A DNA stretch of 63,968 nt, filler included, from a bacterium (GCA_043817485.1; 6 parts of 6 records of this genome joined end to end with filler, not necessarily neighbours in it); one strand, 5' to 3'. Counted from the whole stretch's first letter, positions 30,005-40,475 are shown. The notes: generated from the sequence alone by a model not told the origin. Program-made: numbers and translations.

Positions 30005-32368
30005 ATGCAAAATATATTAATTTTTATAATGGTATTTTTTATGTTTTTTACTAATCCAATTTTTTCTACAGAAGAAAAACAAAAAAAATATGGATTAAAA
30101 AATTTTAATTCGCAATTTGATACAACAGCATCTTCTTGGAAAATAACAACTAATACAAATCTTGTACTTATAAATACACCAAAATTAAAAATAGAAAATG
30201 GGCTTAATTATAGTACTAAGAAAAAAAATTTAATTAATACTAAAGAAAATTATTATAATTTATCCTTAAATACTTCTTACATTCAAAGTAAAAAAACAAA
30301 TATTATATTTAATTTATTCGGTAATTTTCAAGAAACAGAATATGGAAATAAAACTACTAATATAAGTTTATCTAATAATAATTTATTAAAATTAACAGAT
30401 CAATTAAACTTAAATTTAATTGATGGATTCGGCATTTCAGAACAAAAATATCCAATACAAGAAGCTGTTGAAAAAACAATATTAATTTTTGAAAATAAAA
30501 ATAATGAGGAAGAAACAGAATTAGTTAAAAATGATTGTTTTAGAGCTATTAAATTTTATATTGAAGAAAGTGGAAATTATAATATTTGGATAGAAATTCA
30601 AAAAGAAAAAAATCCTGAAAATTTTAAAATATTTTTTGCTCCAGATAAATTTTCCTCTCCAGATTTATCTGCAAAACAAGAATTTACATTAGAAAGTTCT
30701 CTAATATCTAATACATTTTTTAATTATAAAATTATAGAAAAAAAAAATCTTGAAGCAAATAAATATTATTGGTTAATATTTAATAAAGAATCTGATCTTT
30801 CTAATGGCTATTTTGAATATAAATTAAGCAAAAAAAACTGTCCAGAAAAAAGTGCTTATATGGAAGGGAAAGAAGAAAACAAACTTTTTCCAGTAGAACA
30901 ACGTTATATGAATATAAAAATTACAAAAATATATGCTGCTGCAAATCCAAATAATAAAGGAAATAATTTATTTTTTAATCCTTGCGTATCTTATACAACA
31001 GAAAAAATAACAACTTCTTTAAATTATAATGTATCTCATAATCAACATTACTATTTAATAAATAACAGTCCTAAACAAGATACTTCTCATTTTATAAAAT
31101 CAAGTTTTTCTTATAAAACACCAATAATTTTTTGGAATTGTAATTTTGATACTAATATCAATCAATCTCAATATTTAGAATATATGACAAGAGAAAAAAA
31201 AGATAATAAAGGAAATAGTGCAAATATAAATTTGGGATTAACAAATTTAGGGATAAAAAATATTTTAGATTTACCTAAATTAGATTTTACTTATAAATAT
31301 ACAAGTAACAAAAATAAATATTTATTAACAAAAATTAATTCAAAAAATACTTTAGAACATAATCTTTCTTATAATTTAAATTTTATTTATAAAAAAATAA
31401 GTTTTAATTTTAAAGAAAATATAGAATTAAAAACAGAAAATTATATTAATAAATTAGATACTTTAAATTACTTTTTACATAATTCTTTTTCTCCAGAAAT
31501 AAATTTTGAAACAAAAAAAATATTTAAAAGAAAAGTTGGAGAAAAAAATTCTTTTAAAATAAGCTATCATTTTTTCAAAAGAACTCTTTGTCATAATTTA
31601 AAAAATTTTTATTTAACAGATACTAATGAAGTATTTAATAAAAATTATACATTAAAATATACTTGTTTAATAAACGATAAAAGTAATTTAGAATTTTCTT
31701 TTGATGATACTACATATATTACTAATTATATAACATCTTCTTATTCACAAAATAATAACGATAAATTTACCCAAAAATATAACCTTACATTTTTTAAAAA
31801 ATTTAACGAAAAACTTAATTTTAATATAAGTGGAATTTCTCTTTCTGATTTTTCTGAATACAAATATCAAAAATATCCTAATATTCAATATACTTCTTAT
31901 AATTTAGATTCATTAATGAATTATGCTTTTAGTCCTAATATGAAAAATTCTGTATCTTATAATTTTTCTCATAATTATTCTAATTCTTATGAAAATACAC
32001 AAAAAAATAAAACAAATGAAACATATATACATAAATTTTCTTCTACTTATAAAATTATCTTAAATAAAATTTTGAAAAATATTGATTTAAACTATGATTT
32101 TTTCTTTAATCAAAAATATTCTCAATATAATAAAACAACTGATAAATGGTTGAAAAAAGAAGATGATTTTTATCATCAAATTACATTAAAATCAATTTTA
32201 AATTTGCAAAAATTTTCTTTTAGTATAGATGTTAATAAACTATTGGGAAGTAAAAAACAAACTCGTAATTTTTATAATTATGCTTTTAGTTTAAATTATG
32301 ATGTATTTTCTCAAACATCAGTACAATCAAAAAAAGAGGAAAATCCTAATGAAAAAATTAATAATTAA
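30005..32368 (+). CDS. large secreted protein, likely outer-membrane beta-barrel
   Basis: signal peptide; alternating aromatic N/S/T/Y-rich strands. Confidence 0.55.
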   Translation: MQNILIFIMVFFMFFTNPIFSTEEKQKKYGLKNFNSQFDTTASSWKITTNTNLVLINTPKLKIENGLNYSTKKKNLINTKENYYNLSLNTSYIQSKKTNIIFNLFGNFQETEYGNKTTNISLSNNNLLKLTDQLNLNLIDGFGISEQKYPIQEAVEKTILIFENKNNEEETELVKNDCFRAIKFYIEESGNYNIWIEIQKEKNPENFKIFFAPDKFSSPDLSAKQEFTLESSLISNTFFNYKIIEKKNLEANKYYWLIFNKESDLSNGYFEYKLSKKNCPEKSAYMEGKEENKLFPVEQRYMNIKITKIYAAANPNNKGNNLFFNPCVSYTTEKITTSLNYNVSHNQHYYLINNSPKQDTSHFIKSSFSYKTPIIFWNCNFDTNINQSQYLEYMTREKKDNKGNSANINLGLTNLGIKNILDLPKLDFTYKYTSNKNKYLLTKINSKNTLEHNLSYNLNFIYKKISFNFKENIELKTENYINKLDTLNYFLHNSFSPEINFETKKIFKRKVGEKNSFKISYHFFKRTLCHNLKNFYLTDTNEVFNKNYTLKYTCLINDKSNLEFSFDDTTYITNYITSSYSQNNNDKFTQKYNLTFFKKFNEKLNFNISGISLSDFSEYKYQKYPNIQYTSYNLDSLMNYAFSPNMKNSVSYNFSHNYSNSYENTQKNKTNETYIHKFSSTYKIILNKILKNIDLNYDFFFNQKYSQYNKTTDKWLKKEDDFYHQITLKSILNLQKFSFSIDVNKLLGSKKQTRNFYNYAFSLNYDVFSQTSVQSKKEENPNEKINN

Positions 32369-32975
32369 ATTAATTTTTATATCTATTTTCTTTTGTTTAT
32401 TTTCAAGTTGTAGTAATAATTCTCCTTGGAAATATATATTTGATTTTGATAAACATTTATCAGAAAATCCATCTACTTCATCTTATGAAAAGAAAAATCC
32501 TAATACTCCAGAAAATGTTTTATTTAATTTAGCAAGAGCATATGAATCAAAACTTTTAGAAGATTATATGGAATGTTTTGTAAGTCCTTATGATAATCTT
32601 CCTAATCATCAATTTCAATTTGAAAGTAAAGAAACAAAAAATTCTTTAGAACCAGGACAAAAATGGGATTATGAATTAGAAAAACAATGCACTACAAATT
32701 TATTTAGTGATAAAGAAAAAAATGGAATAAAAGTAAAAAGTATTAAATTAATTCTTACTCCAAAACTACAAAGTGCTGAAAAATTTCAAGATGTATATAA
32801 GAAATATGTTGTAAAAATTGATGTTGATTATCAATTAATTATTTATGCAGAAATTGCTAATAGTTCTAACAGTGGGTTTAGTGCTAATAAAACTGCTCAA
32901 TTCAAATTAGTTAATCTTGGAACTGAAACAAATGAACTTTGGAAAATATATTATTGGTTAGATGAACCATATTAA
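32349..32975 (+). CDS. hypothetical lipoprotein
   Basis: MKKL...LFSSC lipobox; TPENVL, C-terminal WKIYYWLD. Confidence 0.65.
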   Translation: MKKLIIKLIFISIFFCLFSSCSNNSPWKYIFDFDKHLSENPSTSSYEKKNPNTPENVLFNLARAYESKLLEDYMECFVSPYDNLPNHQFQFESKETKNSLEPGQKWDYELEKQCTTNLFSDKEKNGIKVKSIKLILTPKLQSAEKFQDVYKKYVVKIDVDYQLIIYAEIANSSNSGFSANKTAQFKLVNLGTETNELWKIYYWLDEPY

Positions 32976-33004
32976 AAAAATTTAAAAAAATAAAAAGAGA
33001 TTAA

Positions 33005-34363
33005 ATGTTTAAAAGGATATATTTTTATATTTTATTATTTATAATTTCTTATGCTTTTTCCGAACAAGAATCTATTCGCTATCAAAATGAAATTTTAAAT
33101 ATGGGAACTGGTGCGAGAGTTTATGGATTAGGTGGTGCTTTTGTTGGATTAGCAGATGATGCTACTTGTTGTTATTGGAATCCAGCTGGTCTTTCAAAAA
33201 TTAAATATCTTGAATTTTCTTCTATGCATTCTAATCTTTATGGAATAGGAAGTTTTGATACATTTATTTCTGCTTTTTCCATAGGAACATTTGGATATTT
33301 AGGATTAAGTTTTTTCAGAGTATTTATTCCAAATATATACTTTACTACTAAAATTCAACCAGATATTGAAGATATTCGTTTATGGACAAAAAATTCTTTA
33401 GAAAAAAGAAGTTATTCAGATAATCTTTATACAATTTCTTTATGTGAAGAACTTTATGATAATTTTTATATTGCTGGAAATTTTAAATTTATTCAAAAAA
33501 ATATTATGAATTTATCTCAAGCAACAGGATATAGTATAGATGGAGCTTTATTATATACTTATAAAAACTTTGGAATAGGCATTAATATTCAAAATATTAA
33601 AAATAGTCTTTCATGGACATATAATCCAACTTATCTTTATAGCAATATAAATGATACAGAATTAGCAAAAAAAATAAATTATAAAACAGGTATTTCTTAT
33701 CAACAAGATATGGTTAAAATTAAAACAAAGGTAATTGAAACATTTGATTTTGATTCTTCATCTGGAGATGGTGAAATGGGAAAAATACAAACAGGAACAG
33801 AATTTGTTATAAAAGATATTTTGGCTTTAAGAATGGGATATATAAAAATGCTTAAAAATAATAGATGGAATCTTAGTTTTGGAACTGGTTTTAAAGTTAA
33901 TTTTAAAAATGTTATTATAAATTTAGATTATGCTTTTGTTCCAGAAAATATTGCTTTTCTTCATCATATTTCAATGGGTTTAAAATTAGAAAAAATTGCT
34001 TTATCTTCAAATAAAAAAGTAATTTCAACAGTTGAAATAAAAGAAGAAAAAATAGAAAAAAAACAAATAGAACAAATAGAAACTCCTGTTGTCATACTTC
34101 CTAAAAAAGAAGAAGAAAATATAATACAAGGAAAACAAAAAGAACAAATAGAAATTCCTATTGTAATACTTCCTAATAAAGAAGAACCTTCTTTATCTTT
34201 GAAAGTATTTTATACAATTAAAAAAAATGAATATTTGCGTAAAATTGCTAAAAAAATTTATGGAAAAGAAATTTTTTGGCATAAAATATATGAAAAAAAT
34301 AAAAATATTATCAAAAAACCAAATTTAATTTATCCTGGTTTAGTAATAGAAATTCCAAAATAA
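33005..34363 (+). CDS. PorV/PorQ-like (UPF0164/FadL-like) barrel fused to a LysM domain
   Basis: GARVYGLGGAF...YWNPAGL, LDYAF...HHISMG; C-terminal YTIKKNEYL...IYPG LysM; 72-bp duplicated linker at about 34070/34142. Confidence 0.8.
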   Translation: MFKRIYFYILLFIISYAFSEQESIRYQNEILNMGTGARVYGLGGAFVGLADDATCCYWNPAGLSKIKYLEFSSMHSNLYGIGSFDTFISAFSIGTFGYLGLSFFRVFIPNIYFTTKIQPDIEDIRLWTKNSLEKRSYSDNLYTISLCEELYDNFYIAGNFKFIQKNIMNLSQATGYSIDGALLYTYKNFGIGINIQNIKNSLSWTYNPTYLYSNINDTELAKKINYKTGISYQQDMVKIKTKVIETFDFDSSSGDGEMGKIQTGTEFVIKDILALRMGYIKMLKNNRWNLSFGTGFKVNFKNVIINLDYAFVPENIAFLHHISMGLKLEKIALSSNKKVISTVEIKEEKIEKKQIEQIETPVVILPKKEEENIIQGKQKEQIEIPIVILPNKEEPSLSLKVFYTIKKNEYLRKIAKKIYGKEIFWHKIYEKNKNIIKKPNLIYPGLVIEIPK

Positions 34364-34420
34364 ACTTTTTATATTACTTATAATAAATTTTATTTTTAAA
34401 TTTTTATAAAAAGGAGTATT

Positions 34421-34900
34421 ATGCAATTAATGAAAGTTTCTGGAATAGGAATAGACCCAAAAACCAATATGCCAGTAGTTCTTTTAAAAGATATTGACAA
34501 TACCCAGCTTTTACCTATTTGGATAGGAATGTTTGAAGCAAATGCTATTGCTATGGAAGTAGAAAAAACATCTTCTCCAAGACCTTTTACACATGATCTA
34601 ATAAAAAATATTCTTAATACAACTCATATTTTATGTGAAAAAGTAATTATTTCAGAAATAAAAGATACTATATATTATGCTAAAATTATTCTTAAGTTTG
34701 GAAATAATCTCTTTGAAATTGATTCTCGTCCAAGCGATGCTATTGCTATAGCATTAAAACTAAATGCTCCTATTTATGTAGAAGAAGAAGTGTTAAAAAC
34801 TGCTGTAGAAATAATAAAACCATTAGATGAACAAGAAGCAAAAAAATTAAAAAATATTTTGAAAACTATTAAGCCGGAAGATTTTGCTAATAATGGGTAA
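34421..34900 (+). CDS. bifunctional nuclease family (DUF151)
   Basis: LPIWIG, PRPFTHDL, IDSRPSDAIA. Confidence 0.92.
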   Translation: MQLMKVSGIGIDPKTNMPVVLLKDIDNTQLLPIWIGMFEANAIAMEVEKTSSPRPFTHDLIKNILNTTHILCEKVIISEIKDTIYYAKIILKFGNNLFEIDSRPSDAIAIALKLNAPIYVEEEVLKTAVEIIKPLDEQEAKKLKNILKTIKPEDFANNG

Positions 34901-34999
34901 AAAAATAAATTAGAAAATTAATTTTTTAATTATAAAGTTTTTGAATTATTTTATATAAGTTTATTTATTATAAAATGCTTATAAAATGGAGGATCGTAT

Positions 35000-35131
35000 A
35001 TGAGAATTTTTATATCTATATTTAGTTTGCTTTTCATGGTAAACTTTATTTATTCAGAAAACCCAATTTTAACTAACACAGAAGAAAAAAAAGAAAATCA
35101 AAATATATTATTAAATAAAGAATCTTCTGTT
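35000..35131 (+). CDS. secreted protein, partial (3' end cut by contig edge)
   Basis: ggagg RBS, ATG and signal-peptide-like MRIFISIFSLLFMVNFIYS. Confidence 0.55.
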
Positions 35132-35231
35132 NNNNNNNNNNNNNNNNNNNNNNNNNNNNNNNNNNNNNNNNNNNNTTAATTAATTAANNNNNNNNNNNNN
35201 NNNNNNNNNNNNNNNNNNNNNNNNNNNNNNN
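35132..35231. other. artificial contig linker
   Basis: same 100-bp spacer. Confidence 0.97.
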
Positions 35232-35402
35232 ATATTTTAAAACTGGTCTTTGTCTACAAAAGGAAAATCCTTTCATATTACCAGATCGTAAAACAAATTT
35301 CCATAAACAAGCTTCAGCTTTTGTCATGTTTTTACGCAAAGTATTTGCAAAAGGCTGTAATTTTTTTTGATAGCCAAGGTTATTTATATTATTAGCTTTC
35401 AT
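35232..35402 (-). CDS. DUF559 (Vsr-like) endonuclease, partial
   Basis: FANTLRKNMTKAEACLWK...FCRQRPV..Y. Confidence 0.85.
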
Positions 35403-35510
35403 TCCACCCCCGTCCTGACGGACACCCCCGCCAGCGGGGGATATGAAAAACCGACGACAAAGCCAACACAGTTAGCAAAGCAATTCTAACCCCGAAAGGG
35501 GTGACTTATA
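35402..35510. repeat. GC-rich palindromic repeat unit abutting the DUF559 start, followed by a ccccgaaagggg hairpin
   Basis: ttccacccccgtcctgacggacacccccgccagcggggga...ccgacgacaaagccaacacagttag, near-identical to parts of 11288-11424. Confidence 0.85.
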
Positions 35511-35636
35511 ACAAATTGCTAATTTTTATATGCTTTTTATTTCCTTTAACTGGTGCTCTGGTGACTGGTGTTCTATTACCATTGAATTGTCAAAAACTAT
35601 AATTTTCCATTTCCCATTTTCAATTGTTATTTATGA

Positions 35637-35729
35637 TTCCATTGGTAAAGGCGAACGCTGTGTCCGTATTGTTGTAAAGGGCAATTCATGAATTGCCCCC
35701 CCCCTACGAATTTTCAAAATCCAATTCTC
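35637..35729. repeat. intact REP-like element with gggcaattcatgaattgccc palindrome
   Basis: perfect 20-bp palindrome; its two halves recur at 43683-43719 and 52483-52535. Confidence 0.85.
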
Positions 35730-35953
35730 ATAAAGATTATGCTTTCAGTTTCTTCAAGTATTAGTGTTTTTTTTCCTCTATATCTATTTTTACACTTACT
35801 AATCTCTTTTATTTCTTCAACTAATTTTTCTTTCATAAACTTTAATCCCTGTACCATAACCTTCCCTCTTACATAAACTATGGAATTTTATTTGACTTTG
35901 ATGGGTTTTTTACAGAAGCAGAAGCATAATCATATTAAAAGCGGAAAATTAGA

Positions 35954-36373
35954 TTATTTATCTGAATTAAAAGGCATTTCTAATTGATAAATTACATATC
36001 GTAGTTTTTTAAATTTAAAAGCAACCTTGCTATCAAATAATTTTGAAACTTCTTCTAATACTCTAATAGATTCTTGTACTCTATGCAAGTTAGCATTAAC
36101 TATTGCTTTTATATCTTGCCTTGTACCTTCTGTTTTAGGAAAAAATAATTTTCCAACATCTTTATCAGAATTTCGAGATACTATTAATTTATCTTGAGGA
36201 ATATTAAGTTCTTTTAAAAATTCATAAATATTATGTCTTATTTTTTTTATTTTTTTTGTTAATTCTAAATTGTTTTTCAAAAAACGAGAAATATCTTCTA
36301 ATACTCTTAAAGCTTCTTCAGATCTATTAATATTAGCATCTATAATTCTGTAAATACCAATAGGCAAATTCAT
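35954..36373 (-). CDS. stand-alone ThiD2-like domain (N-terminal domain of long ThiE proteins)
   Basis: RIIDANINRSEEALRVLED, R...DVG, QESIRVLEE. Confidence 0.8.
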   Translation of the reverse strand: MNLPIGIYRIIDANINRSEEALRVLEDISRFLKNNLELTKKIKKIRHNIYEFLKELNIPQDKLIVSRNSDKDVGKLFFPKTEGTRQDIKAIVNANLHRVQESIRVLEEVSKLFDSKVAFKFKKLRYVIYQLEMPFNSDK

Positions 36374-36381
36374 AAATACCT

Positions 36382-37371
36382 CTAAAATTTCAATTCAATT
36401 AAAAACAAAATTGATTTTAATTGGCTAATTATTTTATCATTAATTCCTTCTACCTTTAAACCAGTTTCATTTTCTGGACCTGCTGGATCATCTCCATACC
36501 ATATTTGACTTTGTTTCCCAGTTGTATAAATTTGTATAAATTCAAAACCAATTTTTGCAAATAAATTTTTTTTAATTATTGGAATAGTAATTTTTTTTAC
36601 TAAATTTAATTCAGATAAAACAGTAGTTCCATAAGTTTCACCTTCTGCTATTTTATTGCGAAGAATATGATCATCATGATCTACAATGGATGTAAAAGGA
36701 GAAAAAGCAATTTCTGCATTAATAAATAAAGGTAAAGATTTATCGTTATAAATATTAAATCCAAGATATGGAATATAATAAAAAATTTCATAATTTAAAA
36801 CATTTGTATCCCAATATCCATCATAAAATATTTTTTCTTTATTATCATTTATATACCAACCTTTTATTCCAAAAATTTTATAAGAAAAATTTTGATATTT
36901 ATATCCCGCAATAGTTTCTAAGGTAAATTCTGATTTTGTTGAAAATACCATTCCACCTTTTATATTTAAAATTGAAGCATTTAATTTTGCATTTGATTCT
37001 GTATAACTAAATTTTATACGATCTTTTTCATAAATATCACCCTTCCAATCAGAATCTTTCATAAATACTTTAGGATTAGTTGTATTTTTCCATATATCTA
37101 AACTAAAAAAATATGGTACTTTTTTAATAGTTTTTCTATTCCATTCTAATTTAATTCCTGACATATATACATCTAAAGGAAATTCTAATTCACTTTCTAT
37201 TTTTTTTATAGAGTTATCAATATCAGAAAGAGTTAAAAAATCAATATGATAAGTTGTATATCCAAATAATTTTTTTTCTCCTATATTAAAAGAAAAAGAA
37301 TTATTTTCTTTTGCTAAAGATACATGAAATAACAAAACTAATAAAATTTTTATAATAATTATTTTTTTCAT
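36382..37371 (-). CDS. omptin-family outer-membrane protease
   Basis: signal peptide, SELEFP, MKDSDW, DHDDHILR, terminal F. Confidence 0.75.
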   Translation of the reverse strand: MKKIIIIKILLVLLFHVSLAKENNSFSFNIGEKKLFGYTTYHIDFLTLSDIDNSIKKIESELEFPLDVYMSGIKLEWNRKTIKKVPYFFSLDIWKNTTNPKVFMKDSDWKGDIYEKDRIKFSYTESNAKLNASILNIKGGMVFSTKSEFTLETIAGYKYQNFSYKIFGIKGWYINDNKEKIFYDGYWDTNVLNYEIFYYIPYLGFNIYNDKSLPLFINAEIAFSPFTSIVDHDDHILRNKIAEGETYGTTVLSELNLVKKITIPIIKKNLFAKIGFEFIQIYTTGKQSQIWYGDDPAGPENETGLKVEGINDKIISQLKSILFLIELKF

Positions 37372-37410
37372 TTTGTTTTAATTTATTTCCATAATTTACT
37401 ACAAAAACTT

Positions 37411-37944
37411 TTATTTTTCAATATTTTCATTTTTATATATTCCTTTGTAGCATTTTTTAACAGCATTTTCAAGTTGAAAAAATACAAGTTGAATTAATCG
37501 AGCATTTTTTTTTAAATTTAAACCACAAAAATTATGAACTATTAATAAAGATTCGCTTCTTCCAGAATATCCAGAATCCCAAAGAGCTGTTTCTATACTT
37601 ACTCCCATTCTAAGTAGACTTGAACGAGGTCGTGCTAATGCAAATAAATTATTAGGAATATTAAGAATTTCATTAAAAATTATTTTATAACATCCTTTTT
37701 TTAAATATAACCAATCATTTTGATCAAACTCTAATTTTTTTGTTTCTGATAAAACTCTTTCTTTAGAACTAAATTCTAAAAAACCAGCTGTTTCAAAACT
37801 CATTACTTGTTTAAGAGTTAATTCTATTCCATTCGGCTGAATTTGTTCATCTAAAAAAATTGCTTCTGTTACCAAAGGAAATTCTGTTTGTAAATATTTA
37901 GAAAAATCTTGTGATGAAAGAATACAACTTAAATTTTTTTCCAA
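37411..37944 (-). CDS. dut: trimeric dUTPase (dCTP-deaminase-like type)
   Basis: QPNGIELT, RPRSSLLR, WDSGYSGRSE; TTG start after gaggag. Confidence 0.85.
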   Translation of the reverse strand: MEKNLSCILSSQDFSKYLQTEFPLVTEAIFLDEQIQPNGIELTLKQVMSFETAGFLEFSSKERVLSETKKLEFDQNDWLYLKKGCYKIIFNEILNIPNNLFALARPRSSLLRMGVSIETALWDSGYSGRSESLLIVHNFCGLNLKKNARLIQLVFFQLENAVKKCYKGIYKNENIEK

Positions 37945-37960
37945 AATTACTCCTCTTTTT

Positions 37961-38098
37961 ATACCAAGTTGCAATTAGAAATAAAATGTTACAAACTACC
38001 AAATTTAAAATCCAAATATTGAAACAGTTTTTGTTTCGAACATTTGTATTTTGGTCATTCGAATTTGTTTCGGATTTCGATATTCGAATTTCGTATTT
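37961..38098. repeat. dispersed composite repeat: ataccaagttgcaattagaaataaaatgtt end plus heptamer-like ttcgaat/ttcggat tract
   Basis: related copies at 43396-43540 and inverted at 48285-48522; partial at 4571. Confidence 0.8.
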
Positions 38099-38156
38099 TT
38101 AATTATCTATTCCTTTAATTACAAATTAATTTTAATTGTTCTATTTTTATATATAT

Positions 38157-39074
38157 TTATTTTAACATTTCTTCTATTTTTTCTATTATTTCAAAATCAT
38201 TAATATTGTCAATTTCTACCCATTTTATTTTTTTATCTTTTTTAAACCAAGTTAATTGTCTTTTGGCAAAAAGTTTTGTATTATGTTTTATTAAATCAAT
38301 AGATTCTTCTAAATTATATATATTTTTCAAATACCCTATAATTTCTTTATAACCTAATCCTTGTATGGAAACAAAATTTTCTAAATATTCCAATTCCATT
38401 AATTTTTTTACTTCATCTACTAAACCCTGTTCTATCATTTCATCTACTCTATTTTCTATTCTTTTATATAAATTTTCTTTTTTTCTTAAAAGCCCTATTA
38501 ATTCAAATTCATAATTTGATTTATGATAATTTCCTTGCAATTGCCATTCTGAAATAGGTTTTTTAGAAATTTCATAAACTTCTAAAGCACGAATTATTCT
38601 ATATAAATCATTTGGATGAATTTTAGAAGATGCAATTGGATCTATTTCTTTAAGTTTTTGATATAAAAAATCTTGTCCATTTTTTTCTTTTTGATAAAGC
38701 AATTTTTTTCTTATTTCAAAATCAGCTGCAGGGCCAATAAATAAACCTTGTGTTAAAGCTTTTATATATAAACCTGTTCCTCCTTCTACTATAACAGATT
38801 TCTCCTTTTTTTCTATTTCTTCAATTTTTATTTTTGCTTCTTTTTCAAATTGTGCAGCTGAATATTTTTGATTTGGCAAAATAATATCAATGAAATGATA
38901 AAAAACTTTTTCTTTTTGTTCTAAACTTGGCTTAGAAGTACCTATATCCATATATTTATAAACTTTCATAGAATCAGCAGAAATTATTTCAGCATTAAGT
39001 TTTTGAGCTAATTCAAAAGCAATTTGCGATTTTCCGACAGCAGTTTGACCAAGAATTACTAATATTTTTTTCAT
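38157..39074 (-). CDS. miaA: tRNA dimethylallyltransferase
   Basis: GQTAVGKS, SADSM, DIGTSKP, GGTGLY, AKRQLTWF. Confidence 0.97.
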   Translation of the reverse strand: MKKILVILGQTAVGKSQIAFELAQKLNAEIISADSMKVYKYMDIGTSKPSLEQKEKVFYHFIDIILPNQKYSAAQFEKEAKIKIEEIEKKEKSVIVEGGTGLYIKALTQGLFIGPAADFEIRKKLLYQKEKNGQDFLYQKLKEIDPIASSKIHPNDLYRIIRALEVYEISKKPISEWQLQGNYHKSNYEFELIGLLRKKENLYKRIENRVDEMIEQGLVDEVKKLMELEYLENFVSIQGLGYKEIIGYLKNIYNLEESIDLIKHNTKLFAKRQLTWFKKDKKIKWVEIDNINDFEIIEKIEEMLK

Positions 39075-39090
39075 AATATTTTAAAAAAAT

Positions 39091-39114
39091 AACCACAAAT
39101 TTTTTTTTGTGGTT
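39091..39114 (-). terminator. hairpin followed by T-run downstream of the PorV-like gene
   Basis: aaccacaaa...tttgtggtt followed by atttttt on the minus strand. Confidence 0.5.
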
Positions 39115-39134
39115 AAAAATTGATCCTCAATAAA

Positions 39135-40091
39135 TTAAAATTCAAAACCTAAAGAAAACCTATGTGTATTATTAAATAGTTTATAGCCAACAAAAGCATA
39201 ATCTATATAAATATTTTTTTCTTCTATCCCAATTCGTAATCCACCACCACAAGTCAAAGCATTCAAATCAGAATTTATTTTATATCCTAATCTTAATGCA
39301 ACTAATTGATGAAACCAATATTCAGTTCCTAAATTTATTTTAAAATAATTATCTATTGGTTTAATAATATCTACTACTAAATTTAAACTATTTTTTTGTG
39401 TATTAAAAATTTTATAACTACAACCTAAAATATATTTTGTTGGAAGTATTTGTTTCCCTTCTATAAAATCACTCATTTGACCAATATTTTGAATTACTGC
39501 TGAAAGATTTATTTTATCTTGATATAAATCTTTATACAATATTCCTAAATCACAAGCTAATCCATTTGCTTTTTCTAAATCAATTTGTTGATAAAGATAT
39601 TTTGTATTTAATCCAATTGAAAAGTTTGGATTAAATGCTCTTGCATAAGCAAAACTAATAGCCATATCTTTAGCAGTATAAATACCACTATATTCTCCAG
39701 ATGGATCTTCTAAAGTAGTTTTTAAAATATTCCCTGATGATAAATAAGTAAAACTTATTCCTACACTACTTTTTCCTTGTTCTAATGGTTCAGCATAACC
39801 AATAAATCCATATCTAATATCTTCTAACCATTCATTATGCGTAAATGAAGCAAACCCTGATTTTAAATAAACTAATCCTGCTGAATTCCAATAAATAGAA
39901 TTAACATCACTTACTACACTTGTAAATGCTTCTCCCATTGCAATAGATCTTGCACCTACTGGAAGTTTCAAAAAAGCCATGCCAGTAGTTCCAGCCTTAG
40001 GATGAATATCTTTAGAAATACTTAAATTAATAAAAAATATAAATAATAAAAAACTAAATATTTTATTTTTTGTCATTTTTTTATTTGTCAT
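39135..40091 (-). CDS. PorV/PorQ family (UPF0164) outer-membrane protein
   Basis: FLKLPVGARSIAMGEAF, YWNSAGL, IDYAF...THRFSL, terminal F. Confidence 0.85.
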   Translation of the reverse strand: MTNKKMTKNKIFSFLLFIFFINLSISKDIHPKAGTTGMAFLKLPVGARSIAMGEAFTSVVSDVNSIYWNSAGLVYLKSGFASFTHNEWLEDIRYGFIGYAEPLEQGKSSVGISFTYLSSGNILKTTLEDPSGEYSGIYTAKDMAISFAYARAFNPNFSIGLNTKYLYQQIDLEKANGLACDLGILYKDLYQDKINLSAVIQNIGQMSDFIEGKQILPTKYILGCSYKIFNTQKNSLNLVVDIIKPIDNYFKINLGTEYWFHQLVALRLGYKINSDLNALTCGGGLRIGIEEKNIYIDYAFVGYKLFNNTHRFSLGFEF

Positions 40092-40115
40092 GGTTTTAAA
40101 ATGTATATATACCTT

Positions 40116-40195
40116 CTACAATAATGTCACCCCTTCGGGGTTTAATTGGTAATTATTTAATAATTGCTATAATAATATCAGCCCTTCAGGCTTTA
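40116..40195. repeat. two REP-like units (ctacaataatgtcaccccttcggggtt)
   Basis: reverse complement of the 18764/18816 units. Confidence 0.8.
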
Positions 40196-40407
40196 ATATA
40201 TATAACGGCTTAACTTTATCCATAAATACATCTACTTGCATAATTTTTTTTAAATTGTTCATCAACTATTTTTTTGCTGTGCTATATGATTATAAATATA
40301 GCATTTTTTCCCTAATTTATAAAATCATTTTTTGTTAGACTTTTTTTTGTATGTTTCCACTTATCCGTCTAATTCCTATTTTACCGTCCAACTTCTCGCT
40401 CTTGTAA

Positions 40408-40465
40408 GTCTAACGACTGAGCTAAGTTGCAAGCCCGAAGCGAGTCATTCAGCGATTAGTTAGAT
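40408..40465 (-). other. attC-like integron cassette recombination site (58 bp)
   Basis: minus strand: ATCTAAC-taatc-gctgaatg...acttagc-tcagtc-GTTAGAC, 10 nt after the stop of 40476-40913. Confidence 0.75.
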
Positions 40466-40475
40466 GTTTATATGC

